Shown here piece by piece: positions 1-12,356 of a DNA stretch of 64,000 nt. Location of the stretch: the NCBI RefSeq assembly GCF_009914755.1, contig NC_060937.1, one strand, 5' to 3'. This DNA is from the human T2T-CHM13v2.0 reference genome, Homo sapiens. Each line of letters begins with the position of its first letter. Within the stretch, counting starts at the first letter, position 1. The notes beneath the pieces were generated by a model, which was not told the DNA's origin, did no database searches, and was given only the letters and a program-made list of their open reading frames with translations. Both the position numbers and the translations under genes were made by a program.

Positions 1-145
1 CACGCCCGGCTAATTTTTTTGTTTTTAGTTGAGATGGGGTTTCACCATATTGGCCATGCTGGTCTCAAACTCCTGACTTCAAGTGATCCACCCGCCTCGG
101 CCTCCCAAAGTGCTGGGATTACAGGTATGAGTTTCAGCGCCTGGC
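1..145 (-). mobile_element. Alu SINE, left arm (cut by window edge)
   Basis: Reverse-complement Alu: ...cctcggcctcccaaagtgctgggattacagg. Confidence 0.95.
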
Positions 146-159
146 TGAAAATTGGCTAG

Positions 160-530
160 ATTCTTTGTTTGGTCTGCTATAACAAATGACCACAAACTGT
201 GTGGCTTATAAACAAAAAAAAATTATTTCTCATAGTTCTGGAGGCTGGGGAGTCCGAGATGGAGGTGCTGGCAGCTTTGGTGTCTGGTGGGGGTCTGCTT
301 CCTGGTTCATAAATGGCTGTCTTTTCACTGTGTCCCCGCAGGTGAAAGGGACAAGAGAGCTCTCTGGGGCTTCTTTTATAAGGGTAATAATCCTATTTGT
401 GAGGGCTCTGCCTTCATGATCTAACCATCTCCCAAAGGCCCCACCTCCAAGTACCATTACTTTGGGGATTGGATTTCACCATGTGAATGTGATGTGTGGG
501 GGGTTGGGGTACAGACATTCACATATAGCA
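160..530 (-). mobile_element. MaLR LTR (MLT1A/MSTD-like)
   Basis: ctgctataacaaa...tttctcatagttctggaggctgg...cccaaaggccccacctcc, typical antisense MaLR LTR. Confidence 0.8.
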
Positions 531-859
531 GCTAGGAATGCAAATATTTATCTAGCATAAGAAAAGAAATCACAAAAACTACTAGAGTTTTAGATATCCA
601 GGTCTCATTCTTCAGAGATATTTTTAGGGACATTTTCAGAAATGCCTCCTGTTTGCAACCTGACTTCCACTCCCCACCTAGACCACCCCAGGAACCAGTC
701 TGGTGCAAGTAAAGAGCCCAGTTGCTTAAGCTTCATTATCTTCAGGATAAATCTGCTTCTGACTGTATCATTTGTCATATTTGCATTGCAATTGTCTATA
801 GCAGGAAGGGAAAGACTAGAAACCTAACACAATTTGCTTCCTCCTTCTAGAAGATGTTC

Positions 860-995
860 ATATGCATGAGTGCGTGTGTGTGTGTACATGAGTGTGAGTA
901 TGTATGTATGTGTTTATGTATGTGTGTGTATGTAAGTGCATGTGTAAATGAGTGTATGAAGATATGTGAGCGTGCATGCACATGTGTGTCATGAG
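860..995. repeat. Degenerate (TG)n/(TATG)n simple repeat
   Basis: Seen directly. Confidence 0.85.
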
Positions 996-1122
996 TCAAA
1001 GCATAAATGAGATAAATCTCCACTGCATCTTTCTGCTCAGAGGTGCTATTAAGAGGGGGAGGGGCCTGAGAATCTGATCCCGTTAAAAGACTGTAATTTG
1101 CACTGTCAAAACCTGGAGTCTT

Positions 1123-1137
1123 CTACTAGATGGCGCT
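1123..1137 (+). promoter_or_regulatory. Candidate CTCF site
   Basis: CTACTAGATGGCGCT, one mismatch to CCACTAGATGGCGCT core; CpG retained in unique DNA. Confidence 0.5.
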
Positions 1138-2740
1138 TGGTTAGCAGTCAACCCAATGAGCCTTCTAACTTATAAGGCAAGAGCTGGAGAGATACGCAGG
1201 CAGGGAAGGGACTTTTCATGACAAAGTGGGAGAGAATCAGGTTTTTCTGCCACAGAGAGAGGGGAAGCTGGGTGCTCTGCCGGAATGACCCCAGCAGAGT
1301 GGTTTCTAGAGTGAGATCCAGGATGCAGGCCAGAGCAGTTTGTAAAAGCCTCAAGGCCAGGTGAGCTATGGAGGAGGGAATTTGGAAGGCGCAGAAACTA
1401 AGAGCCAAAGATCAGTAGGCGGTGGGAGGGGGTTGGGCTCAGAAAAGCTATTTTTATTAAAATATTACAAAATGTAACTTCCCAATATTGGTGACATCGT
1501 GAACACCTAGGCAGCCTGATTTGTTCCTGTTACTGTCTCCCAACATGGGAAGTGAACTCCTCCGGAAAATGAAAAGGGCCTTCATTTGAGCACACCTAGA
1601 ACATCTGACATCCAGCACAGCAGGGGGCTTGGTTGTTGAATTAAATCAATCAATGAGTGAGGGATGAATAAGGATGGGAGAGAATCAAGAGAGAATAGAG
1701 AGACCAGGCATGCTAGAGCGGGCCAAACAAGCCCGAGTAATCTAGGCTGAGATTAGACATGAAATCCACAAGATCAAATTCGGCTGGGCTGAGACGCGCA
1801 GCAGCCACATTTTCCTGAGCAGAGAGGTGAGAGCGCTGCAGGGTCCCATCCAGCTGGGCTGTGAGGTCGCAGAGGAGGATCTTTACTCTGGCTGGGGACT
1901 GTATTTCCAGGCTTTTTTTTTTTTTTTTTAAGGCAGCCGCTGACCACTTGCCTTGATTATAAGAAGTATTGCTTGAGTGACTTTGCTCTGCCTGGACAAT
2001 ACTCAGTGAAGCGATGATGTACGGCAGCCATTGAGAGCAGTTGCAAACCCATCCCTGGGCCAGCGAGATAATATTGCTGTGTTCTCCAGAAGGTCCTTCT
2101 CCGGAATTTGCTATCCTTCTTGTGGCTGTAGTTGAACAAACTTACATTTGACTTAAAGGGAGGTGTTTATCTAAGCTGTCTTCCTTTTAGGAAAAATAAT
2201 GGACACAGTGACGTGTAAATCCACTGAGCACCTTGGACATCACAACCAGAGGGTCATGTGCCCCTGAGATTGAGTGGACTATACCTTGGGGGATGGGAAA
2301 GGTGGGGGCGGGGTGAAAGCCCGCAGTTACATTCAGACAGCACAGCCCTGGAAATGGATCTTAATTCATTTCACAAGCAATTCCAATGTGCTACAGCAGC
2401 TGAGCCCTGTCTGCATTTGCTTGTTTGTTTAGCAAAGGGAAATGTCCTTAGCCTAGCAGCCTGCACGAACTGTTTGCCTAGAGACAGTCACAATAATTGA
2501 GCCAACCTGGAAGGCAGGAAATAGGGCCTTAGAGGCCCTACTTCTACTTTTAGAAGTAGGTTTTGGTTTCTTTTTTTAAAGAGGTATTTAAAAAATGGCT
2601 ATGCAATTTTCCATCCCCCCCAAATGAACCATATTTTTAAGACTGTCTCTGTTTTGTAGCTCTTATTTTCTGAGTGTCACATAGAAGGCACTCAAATAAA
2701 TATTGCTTCAATACATTTGGTTTGTTTCCAGTTTTTGCCT

Positions 2741-3032
2741 TTTTTTTTTTTTGAGACAGAATCCCACCCTGTTCCCAAGGCTAGGGTGCAGTGGCGCCAT
2801 CTTGGCTTACTGCAACCTCCGCCTCCTGGGTTCAAGCCATTCTCCTGCCTCGGCCTTCTGAGTAGCTGAGACTACAAGTGTGTGCTATCATGCCTGGCTA
2901 ATTTTTGTATTTTAGTAGGGACGGCGTTTCTCCATGTTGGCCAGGCTGGTCTTGAACTCCTGGCCTCAAGTGATCCACCGCCTTGGCCTCTTTAAGTGCT
3001 GGGATTATAGGCATGGGCCATCAGGCCCTGCC
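2741..3032 (-). mobile_element. Alu (AluS-like)
   Basis: Poly-T, dimeric Alu, TSD ccagtttttg(c/t)ctttt. Confidence 0.95.
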
Positions 3033-3149
3033 CCAGTTTTTGTCTTTTTAAGCAATGACGCATTCAACCCATGGGTACCTGCAAGCTGTGCATGCATCTG
3101 ATTACTTTCTTGGGATAAATTCATTTATTCCTACAAATAAATTAGAGCA

Positions 3150-3310
3150 CCTTAGGGTGTGTATAAATTACTTGGTGGGGTGGGTCTTATTTCAATGCGG
3201 GATCTGATTCCATAGGTCTGGGATGGGGCCTGAAAGTCTGCTTTTTTAAGAATCTTCTGAGGTGTGCCAGTGCTGCTGGTCTGGGGACCACACTTTGAGA
3301 TGCAAGGCCC
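3150..3310. mobile_element. MER5A-like hAT-Charlie MITE
   Basis: ggtctgggatggggcctg...gctgctggtctggggaccacactttgag. Confidence 0.75.
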
Positions 3311-3867
3311 TAGGTACCACCATAAGCAAGTGGAGCAGTGCCCAGCCAGGGTGGTGGCTCACCTCCTGGAGGCAGATTAGAGCAAACCAGGCCCCTGTAG
3401 ATTCGGGGAAAGGAGAACATTAACCCTGTCTCCAGTATCAACTCCCAGACTCTCCGGTGTGAATTTCTGCCTCTGCTCTCATGAAATGTCAGAAAGGGTA
3501 AAGATATCTCAGTGGCGAATTTTGTGATCTATTTGGAATCAAATGGTTGCTTTGGGAGCCCAGAGGAATTATTAATGAGCCAATAAATGGGATACTGGCA
3601 ACTTGCCAATTGCTAATAGTGTCCCTCCAAGCGGCAGATGGGGAGCAGGTCATAATAGTGGTCAGCTCAGAGGCTGGCTTTGCTAGGGATAGTCACACTG
3701 TGGTCCCCCCAACTTTGCTTAAGGCTTAGAGCAAGCTGCTCCCCGCCTTTCTCCTCTGTGGAAATGTGAGGAGTGCTTGCCTTATCCTGTCCTTGGTCAG
3801 CAGAAAACCCTTTCTTAGGGGAAATTTGACCCTTGATGGCTATTTTCCTTTGTCCAGTTTTCCGCCT

Positions 3868-3886
3868 TTATTTATTTATTTTTTAA

Positions 3887-3917
<31 letters not shown>

Positions 3918-4204
3918 TTGAGACAGGGTCTTACTCTGCTGCCCAAGCTGGAGTGCAGTGGCATGACCTTGGCTCACTGCAACCTCCACCTCCTGGGTTC
4001 AAGTGATTCTCCTGTCTCAGCCTCCTGAGTAGCTGGGACTACAGGTGTGCACCACCACACCCAACTAATTTTTTGTGTATATTTTGGTAGAGATGGGGTT
4101 TCGCCATGTTGGCCAGGCTGGTCTTCAACTCCTGAATCCAGTGATCCAACCGCCTCGGCCTCCTAAAGTGCTGAGATTACAGGTGTGAGCCACTGCGCCC
4201 GACC
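3868..4204 (-). mobile_element. Alu with (TTA)n/(TTTA)n-derived tail
   Basis: Full dimeric antisense Alu. Confidence 0.95.
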
Positions 4205-5345
4205 AATTGTACTCCTTCTTATACTTCCAGAAACTGTTTTCTTCAAGGCAGTATCCAAGGGGGCTTGTCAGAGAGAGGCAGGAAGACCCTGTGGGTAGCA
4301 CGCGGCATCCAAGAACATCCCTTCTGGCAGATTTCCAAATGAAATCTGAGATCTGGCTTTTGGCTGACCTTCAGGGATAGCCTTAAAAGTTGCTGCGGTT
4401 TTACCTGGTCTTATGAACGGTTTCATTTGGAGAGCTTTCCCCCTGAGGTGGAATGCAATCTAAAAACTAAATAAAGAAATGATTCATCAAAAGCATCTTT
4501 TGACCAACGAGGGGAACAAAATGACTGCTTCCATCCAGCCCTGTGTCTGCTAAGAGCTGAATGACTTGAGAATGTGGAAGACATGTCACTAAATGCTGCA
4601 GTTACTTTCAGGTGGTCTGCTACATCTGTGTTTCTGCTGGTTCGACCGCCTGAGAGGAAATTTTGCCCTCAGCAGGCAGTTCCAGGGAGTTGAGGCATGC
4701 AAGCCACCATCCAGGCCCCCTAGGAAGGTAGGAGAGGCCTGGAAAACTTGGGTGTGCTTTAGCTCGGCTACATGACCCAGCTGGGGAGACAAACTGGAGC
4801 CATGCCCACTGTTCTGGGACCCCAGCCAATGTGGCACATTCACAGGAGTGAAAACTAGAGACCAGCCTGACCCACACATCAGTCTCATTTCCCAGGGGAA
4901 GCCGTGTCTCCCACCATGAAGTTCGGTGATTCCTGTCTCTTCTGTGTAACACTCTCATGTCACTTCTGCTTTTCATCTTGAAAAAGTTATTTACCAATTC
5001 ATCTTTACTCCCTAACTTCTAAGCTTCTTGGAGACTCTGTTAGGTCCCTCTCCACTCGGTAGCCTTTGCACATAATAGACTCTTGGGCTCTTTTGAGTGA
5101 ATAACTAGTGGAGGATTAGATAGGTCCCAGTCAATCTAAGAGGGCTCCCTGGAGGAGATGACTTCCCTCCTAGGTTTTAAAGGAAGCGGTGGTCTCTTGG
5201 ATTTGTTGAATTATCCCCTAGGTTCTCCTTTTCCCTATTTTATTTATTCTCTACCTCCCTATTCTTATTTTTAAATGTGACTGATCCTCCATGTCCATAT
5301 ATATATGTGTATCTATATACACACACACATACACATATACATTAG

Positions 5346-5682
5346 AGGTTGAGCATTCCTAATCTGAAAACCTGAAATCCAAATTTCAAAACTTTTTGAG
5401 TATCAACATGACACCACAAGTTAAAAATTCCACACATAAGGACTTAACATAACTTTGTTTCATGTTAACATAAACTTTGTTTCATGCACAAAATTATTAA
5501 AAAATTGTATAAAATTACTTTCAGTCTACACACAAAGGAATATATGAAACAAATGAATTTTGTGCTTAGACTTGGGTCCATCCCCAAGATATCTCATTAT
5601 GTATATGCAAAGATTCCAAAATCTGAAAAAATCCGAAATCTGAAACATCTCTGGTCCTAAGCATTTCAGATAAGGGATACTC
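5346..5682. mobile_element. Tigger4 (Zombi/MER46)-family TcMar non-autonomous DNA transposon
   Basis: aggttgagcattcctaatctgaaa at the left TIR; atttcagataagggatactc at the right TIR, whose last bases are missing. Confidence 0.8.
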
Positions 5683-5727
5683 TTTGTGTGTGTGTATGTG
5701 TATGTGTGTGTGTGTGTGTGTTTGTAT

Positions 5728-5754
5728 ATATTATCAAAGGAAAGAGTATTGTGT

Positions 5755-5788
<34 letters not shown>

Positions 5789-5811
5789 AATACTCTTTCC
5801 TTTGATAATAT
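5728..5811. repeat. Inverted repeat: 24-bp unique perfect arms around (TG)n(CG)n(CA)n
   Basis: atattatcaaaggaaagagtattg ... caatactctttcctttgataatat are exact reverse complements. Confidence 0.95.
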
Positions 5812-5880
5812 TAACCCTCATCTACATTTAGATGACTTCTCCCTTGCTCTCAAACTTCAATTTCACATTTCTAAATACCC

Positions 5881-6424
5881 TGTGGCTGGCAGCCTCTGAG
5901 ATAGACCCTAATGATTCCTGCCTCCTGGTACTGATGACTTTGTAAGATTATATTCCCTTTGAGTAACTTGCTTCTAACAAATATGGCAATATGAGAGATG
6001 TCACTTCCATGATTAGGTTACAAAAGATTGTAATGTCCCTCTTGCTAGAAGACTGTCTGTGTGGCCTCCTTGGCTTGCATGCTTCCATGCAGCTGCTGTG
6101 TTGGAGAGGCCCACATGGCAAGGGACTGAGAGTGGCCTCTGGCCAGTAGCCAGCAAGGAACTGGGGTCTCCAGGCCAACAGCTCATGAAAAATGGAATTC
6201 TGACAACCATATGAGTGGGCTTGGAAGTGGACCCAACCCCAGCTGAGCCTTCAGATGAATACGCAGTGCCAGCTGATGCCTTGACCACAGCTGTGTGAAA
6301 GATCCTGGAACAAAAGCACCAGCTAATTCCTGACCCACATAAGTTGTTAGATAATAAATGGGTATTGTTTTAAGCCACGGATTTTTTGAAATAATTTGTT
6401 ACACAGCAACAGATAACTAATACA
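5881..6424 (+). mobile_element. MaLR LTR (MLT1F-like)
   Basis: TG...CA ends; aataaa...ttttaagcca...ttgttacacagcaacagataactaataca. Confidence 0.85.
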
Positions 6425-6427
6425 TAC

Positions 6428-7377
6428 TGTCAATCTAAATAACAAACAGAGAGAAGCTCTCTAGAAGAAAAATATATTTATTCCGGAGTAGGACATTGCA
6501 ATGGGAATAGAGGTGTATTAGCAAACTGTGTGTGTATCCAGGGAGGTAAAGGAGGGAAAGGTTTTTAAAGAAAAATGAGGAGGATTACATAATTGTTTTG
6601 AGATAATTATCCTTGGGTACAAGGATCAATAACAAGGGTGACGCCAGTTTGAGGTTGCACAGGCGGTTGCTGGGCAGATGTCCTCAAAGACGTATATTTT
6701 TGTGTGTGAGGTTGTGATGGTCTTTGTGCAAAGTTGTGGCTTTTGCAGTTTTTTGAGATAGTTTTTGTTATCAGGCGTTTAGGTATGAGAATCCTCTCAT
6801 CATAGCCTTCCCTGGCTCTATTTGTCAGGGTTTTTTTGTTTTTGTTTTTGGTGCCACACACTTTTAAACAACCAGATCCATGAGAACTCACTATCATGAA
6901 GACAGCACCAAGTGAGGATGAAATTAAACCATGAGAAATCACCCTCCCCCCAAGTCCAATCACCTCTGACCAGGCCCCACCTCCAGCATTGGGGATTACA
7001 ATTCAACATGAGATTTGGGTGGGGACACAGATCCAAACCATATCAATGGAGAAACAGTGTGGGAGGCTCTCTGAGGTCCATACAGTTCTTTCTGGGCTGC
7101 AGTACCCCACAAAGGAGGCTTCCCTGCCAACGTTTGTGTGGTCACAAGCACTCATTTGTTTATGGTGTATGTCTTATCAAAATGGCAAAAATACTCCTTT
7201 TTACTGCCATTTTGGAGGAAAAATCCCATTAAGAGCTGATCATTTGAAAGGGAAAAAAGTCTACATGCCAAGAAAAAAATTTTCTCTTCTAATAAAGACC
7301 TTTTCCTGTTAAAAAAAAAAAACCCAAATAACCCAAAAAACACTGGTGACTCCAGTTCAATTCTGACAACTTTCACA
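6428..7377 (-). mobile_element. ERV1 solo LTR (MER65-like), interrupted at about 6851-7335
   Basis: Minus strand starts tgtgaaagttgtcagaat...ggagtcac and resumes ccctgacaaatagagcc; 4-bp TSD atac/atat. Confidence 0.7.
6851..7335 (+). pseudogene. Candidate retro-inserted polyadenylated transcript fragment carrying an antisense MST LTR piece (6852-7045)
   Basis: AATAAA at 7291-7296, A12 tract from 7311; interrupts the MER65-like LTR; no clear TSD. Confidence 0.5.
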
Positions 7378-7752
7378 ATATGCCATGACTTTTGTCGCTG
7401 GAATATCAAGACTGAACTCATCACCTTCACCCTAGTTTTCCCTGACCAGCTCCTTCTGCTAATCCCCCTGCCCCGGTTCTTGGCCTCTCAGTCCCTATCT
7501 ACCCAGTCTGTAGGCTTGGAAGCCCTTCTCACTCCTGCTCCCTCATCTGTATTTCTACATCTTGGGTCCTGCTCATTCTCCTTGTGCTGGTCCTAGGAGT
7601 GTCTGCCACGAAGGCCTTTGCCAGGTGGAAAGCTCCTTCCTCTTTCCCAGGGTGGGCCTGCATCATCGGGCTCCTCTGCTTCCAGAGGCTTCCTCCTCCA
7701 AACAAGATGCCAAAGGAACCTTTCAGTATCACTTTCTCTAGGCAATTCTTTT

Positions 7753-8055
7753 TTTTCTTTTTTTTTCTTTTTGAGATGGAGTTTCGCTCTTGTCACCGAG
7801 GCTCGAGTGCGATGGCATGTCCTTGGCTCACTGCAACCTCCACCTCCAGATTCAAGCGATTCTCCTGCCTCAGCCTCCAGTGTAGCTGGGATTACAGGCA
7901 CACGCCATCACACCTAGCTAATTTTTTTGTATTTTTAGTAGAGACTGGTTTCGCCATGTTGGTCAGGCTGGTCTTGAACTCCTGACCTCAGGTGATCCAC
8001 CTGCTTCAGCCTCCCAAAGTATTGGGATTACAGGCATGAGCCACCATGCCCAGCC
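7753..8055 (-). mobile_element. Alu (AluS-like)
   Basis: TSD ggcaattctttt at 7741 and 8056. Confidence 0.95.
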
Positions 8056-8261
8056 GGCAATTCTTTTTATTACAGCCCTTCAGTGGCTCCCTCTTTTCTT
8101 CTCCTCCATTGGTGGTCAACATTGGCCTGTCTCTAAAGTCCTCCCAGATCCACCCCCTTTCACAGTCCTGCCTTCCCCCCTGTCTCTTCTACCCTGTAGG
8201 GTGCTCTCCTCACCACTCACACATATGCCTCATTGATGCCAACATTTAGGTCTCTGCTCAC

Positions 8262-8566
8262 CTTGGTGTGGTCGCTCATGCCTGTCATCAGCATTTTGGG
8301 AGGCTGTGGCAATAGGATTGCTTGAGGCCAGGAGTTCGAGACCAACCTGGGAAACACAGAAAGACCTCATCTCTACAAAAAAATTTAAAAAATAAAAAAA
8401 TTAGCCAGGGGTGGTGGTGGGCACCTGTATTCCCAGATACTAAGGAGGCTGAGGCAGGAAAATCGCTTGAACTCAGAAGTTCAAAGCTGCAGTGAGCTAT
8501 GATTTTGCCACTGCAATCCAGCTTGGATGATAGAGTGAGACCCTGTCTTTAAAAATAAAAAAAAAA
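8262..8566 (+). mobile_element. Alu (AluJ-like)
   Basis: Diverged dimer with A tail. Confidence 0.9.
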
Positions 8567-8639
8567 GGTGTTCATGTTGAAATCTCACCTGAGGGGATAC
8601 AAATCCTGTACTTTCCTGGAAGCCCAGCTCAAGCTGTAT

Positions 8640-9130
8640 CACCTGTGCTCAGTGGCAGATCCCACCGGAGCACCTTCTGTGTGCAGGCTCTGTGCTGAGG
8701 GTCTGAAATTCAGCGATGAGCAAAACTGACTTATCCCTGCTTTCAAGGTGTTAATAGTCCAGCAGGAAGAGAGAGAAAGTAGCAAATACACAAAGCAAAT
8801 CAACACTGCAAATTGTGTCAAAGTCTCCGGGGGAAAAGACTCAATAGAGGATCAGAAAAGGTACCTTGAGGAAGTAGGCAGTGAAAGCAACCCCTGAGGA
8901 GGATAGGAGTTAACTAGATGAAGAGATGGGAAAAGCATGCCAGGCAAAGGGAACAGCACATGCAAAGACTCTGAAGCATAAGTGAGTGAGTCTCTCACTT
9001 CTTGTCTCCATCTCCTCTGATTCCCCACAGACAATCAACTCTGTGCTGCAATATTTAGCAATTAGCCTCATGTCTTTCTCTCTCTGCCATTTCATGGATT
9101 AGCCTTGTCTTCCCAATTAAACTGGAAGCT
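8640..9130. mobile_element. L2 LINE fragments
   Basis: gcaggctctgtgctgagg, ccctgctttcaagg, caggcaaagggaacagcacatgcaaag are L2 3' motifs. Confidence 0.6.
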
Positions 9131-10386
9131 GCGACCATATCTCATAATTATTTTTTCTTTAGGGCACTGAAGCACAATGAGAAGGACAGAGCAGATTATA
9201 ATAAAAAGGCATCAGCTGCTCGGCCTGAGGCCCAATGGTGCATGTCCCCTGGAGCTCCCAGTGTGGGTCTTAATTCGGTGATGGGACTGAAGAGCCACTG
9301 CGTGTGGGCACCAGCCAGCTGCGGGCGGATGTCCAAATACACAGAACAGACCATTTCTACCTTCATGAGTGAGCTACCCCACTGGGGTGCAGGTGGGGGA
9401 CCTTCAATTTTGGCCCACGTGATTCTGTGAGGACCTCCTGTGCAGCAGGCTTGTTCCCACTCACTGAACAGTGCATGTCAAGCAGATATGACCTTGCTGA
9501 CAATCTGACTCTTTTTGTAATTCCATCGCGGAACTGTTGATTCACAGTTTCCTTGCAGCCTTTTGCTGAGTGTGACTCAAATAATCTGTGACATTGATTC
9601 AATGACAGGAGGCTCACAGCTCAGGGGGAAATGTGCTGTGGCATCAGAGTGGGCAGAAAATGTCCACCTCCTCCTGTTTGTGCAAACATTTCAGATCCAA
9701 ATTCAAGGTGCTCTCACCTTTGGCTCTGCTTGATTTATGAACTAATTAGTCATATTTGCAGTGAACCAAGCAGCCCTATAGGAATGACCTGATTTATTTC
9801 CTCTTTCAAGAATTCGTTATCAGCAGCCTGAGCCAGAAATATCTATGGAGCACATACTGTAGACACACATCTGGGAGGGCTGAGATTTAAAAATGAAGGG
9901 GAAAGTGGGCAGGGGTGATTCTTTGGTCATTAAACTTAACTTCCCAGGCATGGACAGGCAGGTCTCTGGGGAACAGGAGACACGTTACCTTCTGATCCAC
10001 GGCAGGCAGGGGTGACTTCAGATCTGCTGTATGCCATGCTTCTGGCTTTTCACAGGCAAACTAGAGCTCAGTGGGGTGCCCTGGGGGGAGACCGTGAGGC
10101 AGGAGCAGAAGCAGAAGCCTTTTAGAAGAGCCTAGCATATTGGAGACCAGGAGAAAGCAGGAGAATAACATTTTATAGCATTGTATTTCGTGCATATTTC
10201 ATCATGCAAATAAGAGTGTGACAATTAGGTGAGGGCAATAGTGAAGGATAAGACCATATTCATGTTGTCAGCAGTGTTTAGAGAGAGGAACACCAGGACA
10301 CTAACAAGAAATAGGTACTTAGGGCTTCACAACTCCAACTCCATAGGCAGATCAGGCTTTGATTGAGGACTGTACTCCTGGAATAA

Positions 10387-10752
<366 letters not shown>

Positions 10753-11098
10753 CACTGCTATTCTTAATTCTGGTGCTGCTCAGTGCTTGGACACCAGCGA
10801 CGGGGTTTGTCAGGCAAGTTTCCTTGTGTAATGTGCGCATCATGTAATCATTGCTTAACTTTGACAAATGATTTGCTCTCCATAGTGCCTCTTATGTCTG
10901 CTTTTTCAAAAAAAAGCTTCTGGTAGCTCTTCCAGTTAAAAGACAATAGTCTCGTCAGTGAGGGGGGAGTGTGTGTGTGTGCGCACGCATGTGTGAAGAA
11001 GGGAGAGGGAGAAATTAATGCTGAGTTGATTCTTTAGAATGTTTTTGACTCGACTATCACCAGAACTAACAGTCTACTTCTCAAAAGGAGCCTAATTC

Positions 11099-11405
11099 TT
11101 TTTTTTTTTTTTTTTTTTTTGTGAGATAGAGTCTCCCTTTGTCACCCAGGCTGGAGTGCAGTGGTGCGATCTTGGCTCACTGCAACCTCTGCCTCCTAGG
11201 TTCAAGTGATTCTCGTGCCTCAGCCACCTGAGTAGCTGGGATTATAGGCACCCAGCACCACGCCGGCTAACTTTTTTGTATTTTTAAAAGAGACAGGGTT
11301 TCACCATGTTGGCCAGGCTGGTTTTAAACTCCTGACCTCAAGTGATCCACCCGCCTCGGCCTCCCAAAGTGCTAGGATTACAGGCGTGAGCTGCCACATC
11401 TGGCC
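11099..11405 (-). mobile_element. Alu (AluS-like)
   Basis: Poly-T, TSD cctaattcttt. Confidence 0.95.
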
Positions 11406-11995
11406 CCTAATTCTTTACAAACCGAACATGAGCAGTTTCTCTCCCTTGGCAGCGCCTAACAATAGCAGAGGCTATTTATAAAAGACGAGTACCCTGGGCA
11501 CCATTTGAGCCGCAGCGCCTCTAACTCTGAGACAACTTGGTGATAAAGGGTTAGCACGTCTAGGGAAATGGGTGTTCCAGTTTCTCTCCCCGTCTTTGAC
11601 CATTTTTCCTAACAACCTGTTTTTAATTCACTGTGTTCTCTAAAACCTACCAAAAAGACTGCAGGATTCTGTAGCAGAATTCTAGAGTCCCTAACTACCA
11701 GTAAGTAAAGAAAAAGCAGCAGCTGGAAACACAGAGCACAGGGAAGAACAGTTTTCAGATGCAAGTGAGTCTGGCTGGGGTTAGAAACTCTGTTACAGCA
11801 GGGCTGAGTGGCCTATAGCCCGACTGCACATGGCTTACTCCACAGTTCAGGAAGAAATGACAGGAAGGTGAGAAAGCCATCTATGGTGTCATTCCTCAAA
11901 TTGGCCCAGATATGCACTTTGTGTGTAGGTATGTGTAGCAGAAAAATGATGGCGATTTCTTCCTGGGCATTCCTCTAATTAATAAAGCAGATACA

Positions 11996-12356
<361 letters not shown>

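Noticed and set aside
1642-1652. TAAATCAATCA as a further DUX4 site
   Set aside because: Mismatch at position 4 and it sits in an L2-tail-like TGAA/TCAA repeat
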